64,000 nt of DNA from Macrostomum lignano (lineage: Eukaryota), in the NCBI GenBank assembly GCA_002269645.1, contig NIVC01001697.1, positions 184,638 through 248,637 of the forward strand, in the 5' to 3' direction. Each line of letters opens with the position of its first letter. The first letter of the stretch is position 1. This document shows, one piece after another, positions 54,329 through 64,000 of the stretch. Made by a program: the position numbers and the translations under genes. The notes below the pieces were generated by a model. It did not search any database and was not told where the DNA came from. It saw only the letters and a program-made list of their open reading frames with translations.

Positions 54329-55420
54329 CTAACGCACGCTCTGTCGATTGCTGGCCGTCGAGCTGCTGCCAGAAGCGCCCGGTCGACGACGGCAGGAGGC
54401 GCAGCAGCAGCAGCACAGGGACAGCCACACTCGGCAAAACGCCTCTCGAAAGTTCCGTCCCATCAAGTACGTCACCCAGCACAGAGCGTTGTTCGCGTAC
54501 AGCAGCGAGTTGAAGTGCCGCATCATCAATATGAAGAAGTTCAGTCCGAGCTTATTTAGAATTTGGACTTCGAGCAGAGCGCCGATGCTCCACGGCAAAG
54601 ACGTGATCAGAAAGAAGACGTTGATGAAGACCAGCATGAGGCTGATCCGAACAAGCGACCTCTGTCGCTCTCGGTTGCTTCGCTGCTGCTGCTCAGAGCC
54701 GGCCGTGTCGGAGTGCATTCGCCGAGCGGTCCTGTTGTTCCAGGCCAGCAGCACGCAGATGACCACCGTGCCCGACGTCAGCGCCAGAACGAGGAACACC
54801 CTGCCGAAGTAGAACTCGACCGGCTGGTACACGAACATAAGGTAGTTCATGCTTCGTAATCCGCAGGTGTTTGTGGAGTCGTTCCACGTTCTATTCGCAA
54901 TGAACATGATCGGCAGTAGAAGTGACATTGCAGTGATGAGGCTCAGCATTACCCAGCTTCTCCGATGTGTCAGAATCACCTTGGCCTTCATCGGAACCGC
55001 TACTGCAATCAGCCGATCTACCGTGAGACCCAGTTGAAAAAACTGGGATCCCGCTAGCGCATAGTATGTAAAGAAGTCGTACACAATGCACCAAGCGAGT
55101 CTCCAGCCTCTCGGATCGGTGAACCAAGTCTACTTGTTTGTCTTCACGTAGAATGCCATGTAGCCAAAGTAGTGAGTGCTCACCTTGCACGTGAGAATGA
55201 GAAAGTCACTGGCAGTGATGATGGTGAGGTACTGCCTGGTGACGTAGGGAAACGACTTCCTGTTGGACACGATCACGTAGAAGGAGACGGCGTTCGCGAC
55301 CGCTCCGACCAGACAGAGCAGCGGAAAGAGCCAGACGAAGACGTTCCAGATGAACCAGTTCCAGGTGGGGTCGTGGAACCAGGGCTCACTTGCAGCAGCT
55401 GTTGTATTGGTGCCCTTCAT
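54329..55420 (-). CDS. Intronless class A (rhodopsin-like) GPCR, peptide-receptor-like; one in-frame TAG at 55132-55130 (possible pseudogene)
   Basis: ORFs 55130-55426 and 54329-55084 are in the same frame. Seven hydrophobic segments; GAVAN (TM1), ASD (TM2), Cys at the top of TM3, TVDRLIAVAVP (DRY-like), FLITSLPW (TM6), YANNALCWVTYL..NFRE (TM7/H8), C-terminal Cys run. Splice acceptor 6 nt before the ATG at 55420. Confidence 0.88.
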
Positions 55421-56715
55421 TATCACCTGTGGCTAGCGGTTTGAATCCATGCAAAAGTAAATTTTGCGATACCCTGGTACGTGCTGTTGGAATAATAAAT
55501 TCGCATCTTTGATGAGAAGAGTCAATTTTTTAAGGCAAGGTTTCGTTCAGTGACAGAGACGAGTCAGTTTTTGCATTCGATTTGCACTGGCCAATCACAT
55601 GTATTTGCAGTTTTTGAGAATACATGTTTGCCAGGATAGTAGAATGCAGTTGAATCTCATGCCAGTTGGATACATATTTGCTTATAGCTTATTCGTTTCG
55701 TTTAAGAGTTAAAATATTGCAATGGTTGTAGACGCGGCCAGAATTGTCAGTGAATTTTTCTCACTTGTATGGACAAACATCCGTGAAACGGATTTAATTC
55801 TAGCTAATCCACTCTCACTTGCAGGCAACTCGGTTGCTTCCAAAACAAATTTGCATAACCATGGCTTCTTTCCCGTTTGGTGAGCGGTAGCCAGCGCGAC
55901 GTGTGGCAAAATATCTTTGCAATTTAGCTATTTCCGCTTAGCTTCGCCACCAGAGGACGGCTTTGCAAATGGGCTGCAATTGAGACAAAGTTGGATCGTA
56001 AAATCATTAGTAATTTTTTGTACATGTACGTTTCCATGCACTAGTTCTAATACATGTAGCCTAAATAGAACAGAATAGTTGCACTACTGTGGAAGCTCAG
56101 TAGCGCTTCTGACTTTCGATGGAGTTCCGGGATTCGATTAAATCATGATTCATCCGCTGAGTTGGACCTGGAGTTGGTCGTTCTGCAACGCAATCGAGTG
56201 CCAAACACCAAGACGCTGGTGTACATGCCTGACGAGCGAGTGCATGCTCAGTGGACATAACTTCTTGCCACCTCGCCGCCACAAACAAGTAACAGAATAA
56301 GCAAGGACAAGATGCACTCTAAAAAATGTCACTGCCCATTCTGCTGACTCCTCCTGAGCACATAAAAGAACGCCAATACTGAACGCAAGCACGCACTCAA
56401 AAACACGTTCACACAGGGTGCCTCCAGCAACACCTGCACAGGCCATGGGAAGTGAAACTAGCGATGGAGAGACGTCTGTAGCCCACACGAGCTCAAACCC
56501 TTGAAAATGTGCATTTTTTGTGTTGTTTTTGCGTGCGCTCTAGGCGGCCATCCCAGACCAGTTCTGGCTGGTTGGGGGGGGGGGCGCTCGTCCCGGTTTG
56601 AGTCTTTCCCCGCGGCGGCCACTGGTTGGCTGGGCTTTTTTTTTTCTAGCCCCATTCAGTCGGATCTGCTCGGCGGGCGCGCTGATTGGCTGAGAGGTCA
56701 TTTCTTATGTTTGGC

Positions 56716-56758
<43 letters not shown>

Positions 56759-56761
<3 letters not shown>

Positions 56762-57420
56762 CGGCCCCTCTACCCTGTTTATGTGGTATATAGTGCTCAT
56801 GCCTGGCCCAGCCAGCTCCCCGCGTTTGCGCCCGCGCCTACTTCTTCAAACTAAACTAGAGATACTCAAACGAGCCGTATCGACGGTCTCTTACTGCGAA
56901 GACTCAATTTATTGCATGCGAGCCGTGTCTAGACGGTCTTTTACTTCGAGGACTCAATTGATTGCTAGCAAAATAAAGCAGTCAAGTGGTGGCGATATTC
57001 GAACGAGCTCCACAGTTTCTGGCACCGGTAAGAGCCCCGAGTTCATTCGCTTCCTTAGCTTTTCTGAGGCCTTGCCGTAGCAGTGGTTTGATAGCTAGAG
57101 CGTCATCACGCCAGCGACTGTGACCACTGCAGCACAGCAGCGTTGTATATTGTGTATTATTGTAGTACTGTACCGGTTACTTTATATAGTGTGTACAACC
57201 TACAGTGTCGAAACTAGAAGCACTCGAGAGTGTCGCCACACCTCGAGCCGCAGCGTGAACTCTGAGTGTCACAACACCAGAGGGATCGACCCATTATCGC
57301 AGAGCGTCGTCACGCCTGCTCGTATCCATAAAAGCACAGGCAGAGCGTCACTACGCCTGTCGTATTACGTATAAAATATTGTACTCGGACTGTGCACCCA
57401 AACCGACCCGGGTTACGACA
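56759..57420 (+). mobile_element. Solo-LTR-like segment (TGTCG...CGACA) carrying tandem spliced-leader copies; left boundary uncertain (may extend to ~56477)
   Basis: Inverted 5-bp termini, TATATA at 56787, AATAAA at 56972, internal short direct repeats (agagcgtc..cacgcc x3). No TSD, PBS or internal retroelement ORF found. Confidence 0.45.
56874..56968 (+). other. Two tandem flatworm-type spliced-leader (SL) exon sequences, neither followed by a GT donor
   Basis: Copy 1 GCCGTATCGACGGTCTCTTACTGCGAAGACTCAATTTATTGCATG (56874-56918); copy 2 GCCGTGTCTAGACGGTCTTTTACTTCGAGGACTCAATTGATTGCTAG (56922-56968). The 5' CCGT..ACGG hairpin and 3' TTGCATG are flatworm SL hallmarks. Copy 1 closely matches the Macrostomum lignano SL as I recall it; this needs verifying. 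Confidence 0.85.
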
Positions 57421-58335
57421 AAAATTATACTCTTTCTGAAGATCTTTTAAACGCTTGGTCCTAACTTTCAACCAAACTAATAGACTTCGAAATACGGAAG
57501 CGCAGAAGCATAGTAGAAAGCTTCTCGATTAGTCTCTTTTTTAAATGTCAAATAGGTCAAATGAGGAGAGTCAATGAGTAAATGTGTGCTTGATTTATAA
57601 CAATTTCTTCCAAGAGACTGAATATCTGACAGTAGTTGCAGCTGAGACTGCTCACAGAATAGGTATAGTTTCAGGGCCCTGATCAGGCAAGGTCCGACCA
57701 CCAGCACAATGGGTTGTTCAATGCCTGTCTGCACTTGTACCAGCTTTGTAGAGAACTGTTAAAATCATGCCATAATGTGCTACTTAAGGGTAACACTGTA
57801 AGAAAGTCAATTTAAATCTGCCACCTATTTTTTAAAATAGATCATGGGCAAACAGAGTGACTCAGAACCCTACAGAGGACCAACGTTTGTTTGTTCAAGG
57901 AACCGGATTTCAACAGCTATATTGGCTTAACCCCACATATGGTAATGCTTTAATGCTCACCTACACCCTTCAAGACCAAGACGTCTGACCAAGCAAGTTA
58001 TCTGATTTTGCATATACCTCGGCACTTGTCCCCAGTGTCTACGCTCGTAGAAGTGGGAGTTTTTGAGTGACTGATCACCACTCTTAAATTCTTCAGCCTG
58101 CAAGCTTGCTGAAAAAGATTAATTTAGAAGCAAACATATGCATTGTTTAACTGCGAGCGTAGTATCAAATTATGGGTTATAAATGTTAAGCATCAGTATA
58201 GCATATTAAATAGCCACTACACAGAAGTAGAATTGGCTATAACTTAGCAACTCCAGTCCAAGTGGGAAGATTTTTTTAAAACAGAACCTCTCAGCCAGAG
58301 CGATCGACTAAATTTTAGTTTGCATAGCCTGCAGA

Positions 58336-58611
58336 GAAGGGATTGTAGCCTAGTGGTTAGAGCGACGAACTCACGAATTGAAGGTCGGGAGTTCGATTCC
58401 CGATCACACTGGAACAGTTTGTGTCCAAGACACTGAACTCTGCATTGCTTCAGTTCACCCTGCAGTAAAATGGGTGCCAGCAGTAGCTGGGGTAATTGAG
58501 GGTGTGTGTGGCGACCCCCCAGTCCTTCGACTGAACAGCCGTACGCAGCCATCAGATGCGGCTGAGCTGTCGGTTGCACATCTGGCCCAATTGGGGCAGG
58601 TGTAATAAAAA
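58336..58611 (+). mobile_element. tRNA-derived SINE (family A) with CORE-like central domain, 10-bp TSD AGCCTGCAGA
   Basis: A box TAGCCTAGTGG (58346), B box GTTCGATTCC (58391), CORE-like CAAGACACTGAACTCTG..CTTCAGTT..GTAAAATGGG, A tail; TSD at 58326-58335 and 58612-58621. Confidence 0.88.
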
Positions 58612-60498
58612 AGCCTGCAGAATCGTCTTCCAGATCCTATCAGTAGCACAGCTACATGTATAAATCTCCATCATAAATAAGGTATTGCTTAGAGCATACT
58701 GGTCCTATGAGTCTCCTCTAGTGAGACATGCACTCTCCCTGATTTCTGTGGTCTAGTGCTAATGTCTGCATTTTGACGCTATATTTTGTTTATATGCTTG
58801 CAACTGCTGGATCTGGGAAGAGAGGCTCATGGTGGGGAGAGGATTCGGGAGTGTCCTCGCGTTGCCCGTGCCCCGTACGTTGCTCTCTGTCCCCACGCGC
58901 CCCGCCCACAACTAACCACACGCCTCACTGTACGGTCCTGTTCCAGGTCCACTGTACGGTCCACTGTACATCCGTGGCTACCTACCCCTGCACACTGCAT
59001 ACTGATGGATGGTGAAGAGATGGGGTGAGATGTGGGGTGAGAAATGGAGAGGCAGGGTGAGCGTAGGGGAGAGGTAGGGGGCGCCTGGGGTCATACATAT
59101 CGGCGCTCGTGCTGTGGCTCTTGTTTAATTCACCGCTCCCATGAGGAGAGGAAATGAAAAATGGAACAGATCAGCGTTAACACAACTGCCCTAGTCTGTA
59201 AGATTCATATTATAACGGAGCCAAATTGCATCAATTTTTTAATCCACGCTCTGGACGTCCGCTATGCGTCTGTTGGGCTTGACTTTGATGCATTGAAGCC
59301 CAGAAATGCTGGGAAGACACTGGCCCACACGGCAATTTTATAAATAGAACCAGCATCTATTCCTTTGTCCACAGTTTCCTCTGTTCCAGCTGCTTCTTTT
59401 TTGCCAATCCCAATCACCATCCTCGCGCTGTGGTTCCTGCTTAATTCACAACTGTCCTGCTCTGCTCCGTCAAAATCGATAATATACCGGAGCTGCATAG
59501 AGTCAATTTAAATTTTCCAAAGCTAAAAAGTAGGCTATGTGGCGTAGAATTTGAAGCTTAATCCCACTCACTGCATTTATGGACAGGGCCAAGTTAATTT
59601 GCCTTTCTTCTTCAGTTCGTTATTTTGTATATAATTGCTTTAACTTAACACGAAGCGTGGATATTTTGCACATAAAATACGCTGCTCCGAGCAAAAAGCA
59701 AACCTCAATACAAGTTGCTCATTGTTGTTAAAGTACAACCTAGCTGTTCATTATAATGATTCGCTGTGTACACTTTTATTTCTATTTTCAGAGGCCATTT
59801 GGAGCAAGAATTTGGTCTCGCGCTTTCCGGACGCATAAAATACTCTCTAATATTTTTTAGAGCCGCCTTATAATATGCAGAGTTGTAGTAGCTTAATGTA
59901 GCATCTTTAATTATTACTCCACACCTCGAAACCAGTGGTTTTTTAGTAAAACATCACATTTTTCTATTTGGGGCGAGAACTTTTGAATGTGCTGGGATTC
60001 CTTCCCTCACTGGTATTTGGATTTCATCTTGAGAGACATCTTGGATCATATTTAGCTATAGTAAAATAATAGCTTGTCGCTAGTCATATGTACTAAAAAT
60101 GAAAATCTTGCTTGCTTGATTTTCCATAGCGTGATTCACTGGTAGACTAAAAAAGAAGCGAGTAAAAGTATGATGTTAGAATTAAAGATAAGATGCCATT
60201 GTTGATTTTGCAATTGCTTTGGGAATGATAAATATAGAGTTAATGGGATTGTGGAGGAAGTGAAAAACTTTGTACTAAAAGCCCCCCCCTATCCTGACAG
60301 CTATACTGTTCTGGGATGGTGTCCATAGAGACGAGGACAACAAATTCTATTCGCTGGATAGCCCAGCCAGCCAACAGGAAAATACAGCTGAGACATTATA
60401 TTTAGAGCTGCAACTGCTCACTGGCTTAGCGACTTTCCTGGCTTAGAAGCATCTACCAATCTACCTCGACAACCAAGCCCTGCTGTCAGCGTCTTGGA

Positions 60499-61968
60499 AT
60501 GACACTTCACGAAGTTGCCATAACCTTGGCAGTGCTGATTTCATTCACCGACGGTACATCTTTTGTCTTCGACAAGAGGCCGGACCTGTGCCACAATGCT
60601 AGCACTGCAGCTGACGGTCCGCGCAAACTGCTGGGCGTTGCCGATCCTCGAGTGTGCGCTGTCGAATGCGCGAGCAACACGACTCTGTGCTCAGTGTATG
60701 AGTACTCGCCTAGCAACAGGTCATGCATTCTTGGAAACAGCTGCGACCTGCTGCTTTTCTGGCAACTCAGCGGCGGACCGGCCTGCAACACGCAGGTGCT
60801 GCGAGGCGCAGCAGACTGTGAGACTGCGTCAGTGACTCCAACTACGACTTCAATTCCGATTACGACTCCTACAACGACCACTACGACTCCGACTACAACG
60901 TATTCAACTCCTGCTCCACTAGCACTAACAGGTAAGCATAAAAACAAGTTTACCGTACGGATGTATCTAACTTTCCAGCTTTTCCATGATGAACCACTGG
61001 TTTTGCATCTGACATTAGTCCGATTAAGTGCGTAAAGAACAAGAAGGAATAGACTTGCAGAACCAAAAGGTGGTCGTCTGGTATTGTGGTTTGCAGGCGT
61101 TAACCTCACATTTCTCACAAGAGGAGACTCAGAGGGCCTATATGCTCTAAGCAATAACTCTCGGCGGAGTTTTCTGGGTTTGTAGCATAAGGAGGGTTGC
61201 CAATTTTCTCCTTTGCGACATAAATTTTCAGTGCCAACCTCGGGTTCAAAAGAACATGGAACGCCGGTGACCTACACGCCCCCTGTGGACAATGCCTGCT
61301 ATCGGTTCGAAGCGCGTGGCGCCAAAGGAGGTTCCGGAAGCGCAGCTGGTGGAAACGGGGCTATAAAAATTGCCCACTTTATCCTGAACAGCTCTCAAAC
61401 GTTGACTATTGTTGTCAGAAAATCCAGAAACGATGGCGATGGCGGCGGCGGCGGAGGCGGCACTTTCGTCTACACGAGTGGCGGCAGTCCCGTCCTGCTG
61501 CTGGCGGCCGGAGGAGGAGGCGGTGGAGGAGGCGTCAGTTCGGCTACAGGCAGCCCTGGAATCAGTTCGACCGGCGGCTGCTCCGGAAACGCGGGAAGCA
61601 ACCCGTCCGGAAATAACTGTGGCGCCGGCGGTGCAGGATGGCAATCACCTGGAACTTCACCCGGAGGCAACCATTGTGGCTCAGTTGGAAGTAACTTGGC
61701 AGGAGGTGATGGTGGATCAGGAGGCGGCTTTGGTGGCTACGGTGGTGGAGGCGGTGGAGGCCGAACAAATGGAGCAAATAAGGCCGGAGGCGGCGGCGGC
61801 GGTGGCTACTGCGGCGGCTCCGGCGGCGAATCGGGCAGTCCGGGTGGCGGCGGCTCCAGCTATGCAGCTTCTTCAGCTAAGCAAGTTTCAGGATCGGATG
61901 GAGGCAACACCGAATCTGATGGCAAGGTAGACATATCTATCGTGAATGGCTCCTTCTGCACACCGTGA
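60499..61968 (+). CDS. Secreted protein: signal peptide + PAN/Apple-like domain + Thr-rich linker + ALK/LTK-type glycine-rich domain; exons 60499-60931 and 61232-61968
   Basis: Hydrophobic N-terminus; C..C...C..Y.YSPSNRSC.L PAN pattern; TTPTTT stalk; phase-1 GT-AG intron; YRFEARGAKGG..GNGA..F.L...TLTIVV..GGGGGTFVY..LLLAAGGGGG..GGGGGY.GG..GGGGSSY. Confidence 0.82.
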
Positions 61969-62635
61969 TCACCCGTTGAAAACGTTACCGGGACAGAATC
62001 GCTAAAAACACATACAAACAACCCTATAGCGACTATTGTAAATTTTAGAACTGAAACAACTGTAATTCAACGTAGAGGCGACTGTGAAATCACAAGCGCG
62101 TCACGTGAGTGTTAGATTCTTATAAGAGTCGCGAAAGAGTCGCCCACAAGTCATTTTTTTCAATAAACGCTGTTGGAATGATAAAGGCGCGGATTTGAAG
62201 GAAAGAGTCAATTTTGAAGACAATGTTTCGTCGTATGACAGGGACGAGTTAGCTTTCACATTTGATTTTCATTGATACATTTGTGCCGTCGTGTATTAGC
62301 ATGTATTACAGTCGTTAAGAATGCATGTTTGACAGCATTGGAGAAAGGCAGTTGAGTCACTGCTCGTTGGATATACCAGCAGAGGGTGAGGGTGTTTCAA
62401 AATTAACGATAATTTTTTATAACTTTTGGCTGAAGGAACGTACGATCTCGTACATTTGTTCATATGTTATTCCTCTCGCGCTAGAATTTATTTTTAGAGT
62501 AAAAGTATTGAATGTGTATGGACGTGGCTATATTCCTCTGTGACATTCTTTACGTTTTCATGGACAATAAGCTTTCTCCTGTTTCAACGCAAACGGATTT
62601 GATTCTAGATAGCTCCATGTGCAAAGCCACTCTTT

Positions 62636-62882
62636 GCTGCTGGCCTGGAACAACAGGACCGCTCGGCGAATGCACTCCGACACGGCCGGCTCTGAGCAGC
62701 AGCCGCGGAGCAACCGAGAGCGACAGAGGTTGCTTGTTCGGATCAGCCTCATGCTGGTCTTCATCAACGTCTTCTTTCTGATCACGTCTCTACCGTGGAG
62801 CCTCGTCGCCCTACTTGAAGTCCCAAATCATAAAAATACTCAAACTCAACTCATTCATATTGATGATGCGGCACTTCAACTC
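62636..62882 (+). pseudogene. Inverted partial duplicate of the GPCR (end of TM5, ICL3, TM6, start of TM7) with indels
   Basis: LLAWNNRTARRMHSDTAGSEQQPRSNRERQRLLVRISLMLVFINVFFLITSLPWS is nearly identical to the GPCR at ~54500-54750, then shifts frame. Confidence 0.9.
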
Positions 62883-63547
62883 CACACTTCAACTCCAGTA
62901 GCAGATTGGAGTCAGCCAGTCGATTAAAATGTTGTAAATTATCTTGTTATTTTTGGTGCATATGAGCGTAGAAGGCTGATAAATATTAATGCCGACAATA
63001 TTTTTATCATCGAATATCTTCAAACATAATAGTTTTTACCGGCTTAATCTACTAAATGAAAAACTCTCAGAACAGACTTTTCTACAGCCTGCTGATTAAA
63101 TCTGTAAAGAAATCGAAAATTTATCTTAATAATCTTATTCCTTAAAATGTATTAGCATACTACTTTTACAAACTACTTGCTCAATCCTCTTATTGTTCAG
63201 TAGAGTTTATACTTTGAACAAGTTTTCTGTACGAGGCAAATGGAAAGCAGGCTGTATACTCAGACTTTTCAGAGCTGGCGGAAAAAACTATCTTGATTTT
63301 ATTTAACTCTGTCAATGAAAATCGTTAGTATAAAACTCTTCGCCGTTATAACCCACCCCGACTTCATCCTCAGTCTCAAACTGCAAAGCGATCTCACGGT
63401 CGAATCTATTCAATGCCTAAAACAACTTTCTTAACTTTCTTAACCAGTATTTCAAATATTGCATCCTGGTCTCAACGAAGTAGCTAGTAGACCATGCAGC
63501 ATATCATGCAGTTTGGAAGCTTTAAAAAGCATATTATCTGTACAGAG

Positions 63548-63682
63548 TAGGGTGTTCGGGTTTTTTTCGGGTTCGGGTACCCCGAAACACTGACCCCGAA
63601 CCCGAAACCCGACCCGGACCGAAACTCGACTTGACCCGACCCGACCCGACCCGACCCGACCCGACCCGACCCGACCGACCCC
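63548..63682. repeat. hAT-like terminal fragment (TAGGGTGTTCGGG...) with (CCCGA)n subterminal repeats
   Basis: TAGGG start and clustered CGGGT/ACCCG motifs are typical of hAT subterminal regions; no matching right end or TSD found. Confidence 0.45.
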
Positions 63683-64000
63683 AAACTTTCCTGAACGGAG
63701 AACGCTTCATCTCAGGCTTTCTGTGATGATCTTTTTTCCAAGAATGACGACTGAAGGAATTACTCGTCCTGAGGTACCTCTAGTAGTCTACTTCTCGTTC
63801 TCATTTGCAGTCCTGACTCCTTAGCTCCTATTTTAGTAAGTACAGAGTTGATTAGGCTGCAAAGAAAACGATATACGCTTCAGCTATCAGTCTATCAAAA
63901 ACAGTATTATCAAAATCAGTATTTCCGAAATCTTGGCACACCAGCCCGACATGGACTCCAACATTCAAAATCTTTCTTTTGCTGTTAAATGAACAGTAGG

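Noticed and set aside
56874-56968. Bona fide SL RNA gene
   Set aside because: The ATG is followed by CGAG rather than a GT donor, no Sm-binding site or SL intron follows, and the second copy ends in CTAG.
56477-57425. TSD, PBS or polypurine tract confirming an LTR retrotransposon
   Set aside because: Neither candidate left end (56477, 56759) shares a 4-6-bp duplication with the right flank (aaaat), and no TGG-type PBS follows; the LTR call is therefore low confidence.
58770-59100. GC-rich LTR-like patch ending GGGGTCATACA
   Set aside because: No matching terminus, TSD or second copy in the window.
59262-59498. 78-aa minus-strand ORF with coding-like composition
   Set aside because: No recognisable motif and no linked exons could be established.

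Overview
Eukaryotic, intron-rich genomic DNA, about 35-40% tandem repeat. It is most likely a Macrostomum-like flatworm; this is inferred from a flatworm-type spliced-leader sequence at 56.9 kb, not from a search. Genes reconstructed by hand: MRPL27 (-, 2 exons), PACS sorting protein (-, 8 exons, 7589-24799), a beta-1,4-galactosyltransferase-family gene (+), intron-containing tRNA-Tyr(GTA) (-), heparan-sulfate 3-O-sulfotransferase (+), an intronless class A peptide-type GPCR with one in-frame TAG (-) plus an inverted fragment of it, and a secreted PAN + Thr-rich + ALK/LTK-type glycine-rich protein (+). Mobile DNA: a Chapaev/Transib-like transposon with 303-bp TIRs and a 4-bp TSD in the last PACS intron, two foldback/MULE-like elements carrying minisatellites, a Tc1/mariner MITE, two tRNA-derived SINE families with TSDs, and an LTR-like segment. 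The main finding is that this LTR-like segment encodes two tandem spliced-leader copies without the SL-RNA splice donor, followed by AATAAA and a separate splice donor. About 20 different mini/microsatellite arrays explain nearly all long repetitive ORFs in the track. No CRISPR or prokaryotic features. Three single-base homopolymer frameshifts are probably assembly errors. Exon boundaries were read by eye and need RNA-seq confirmation.
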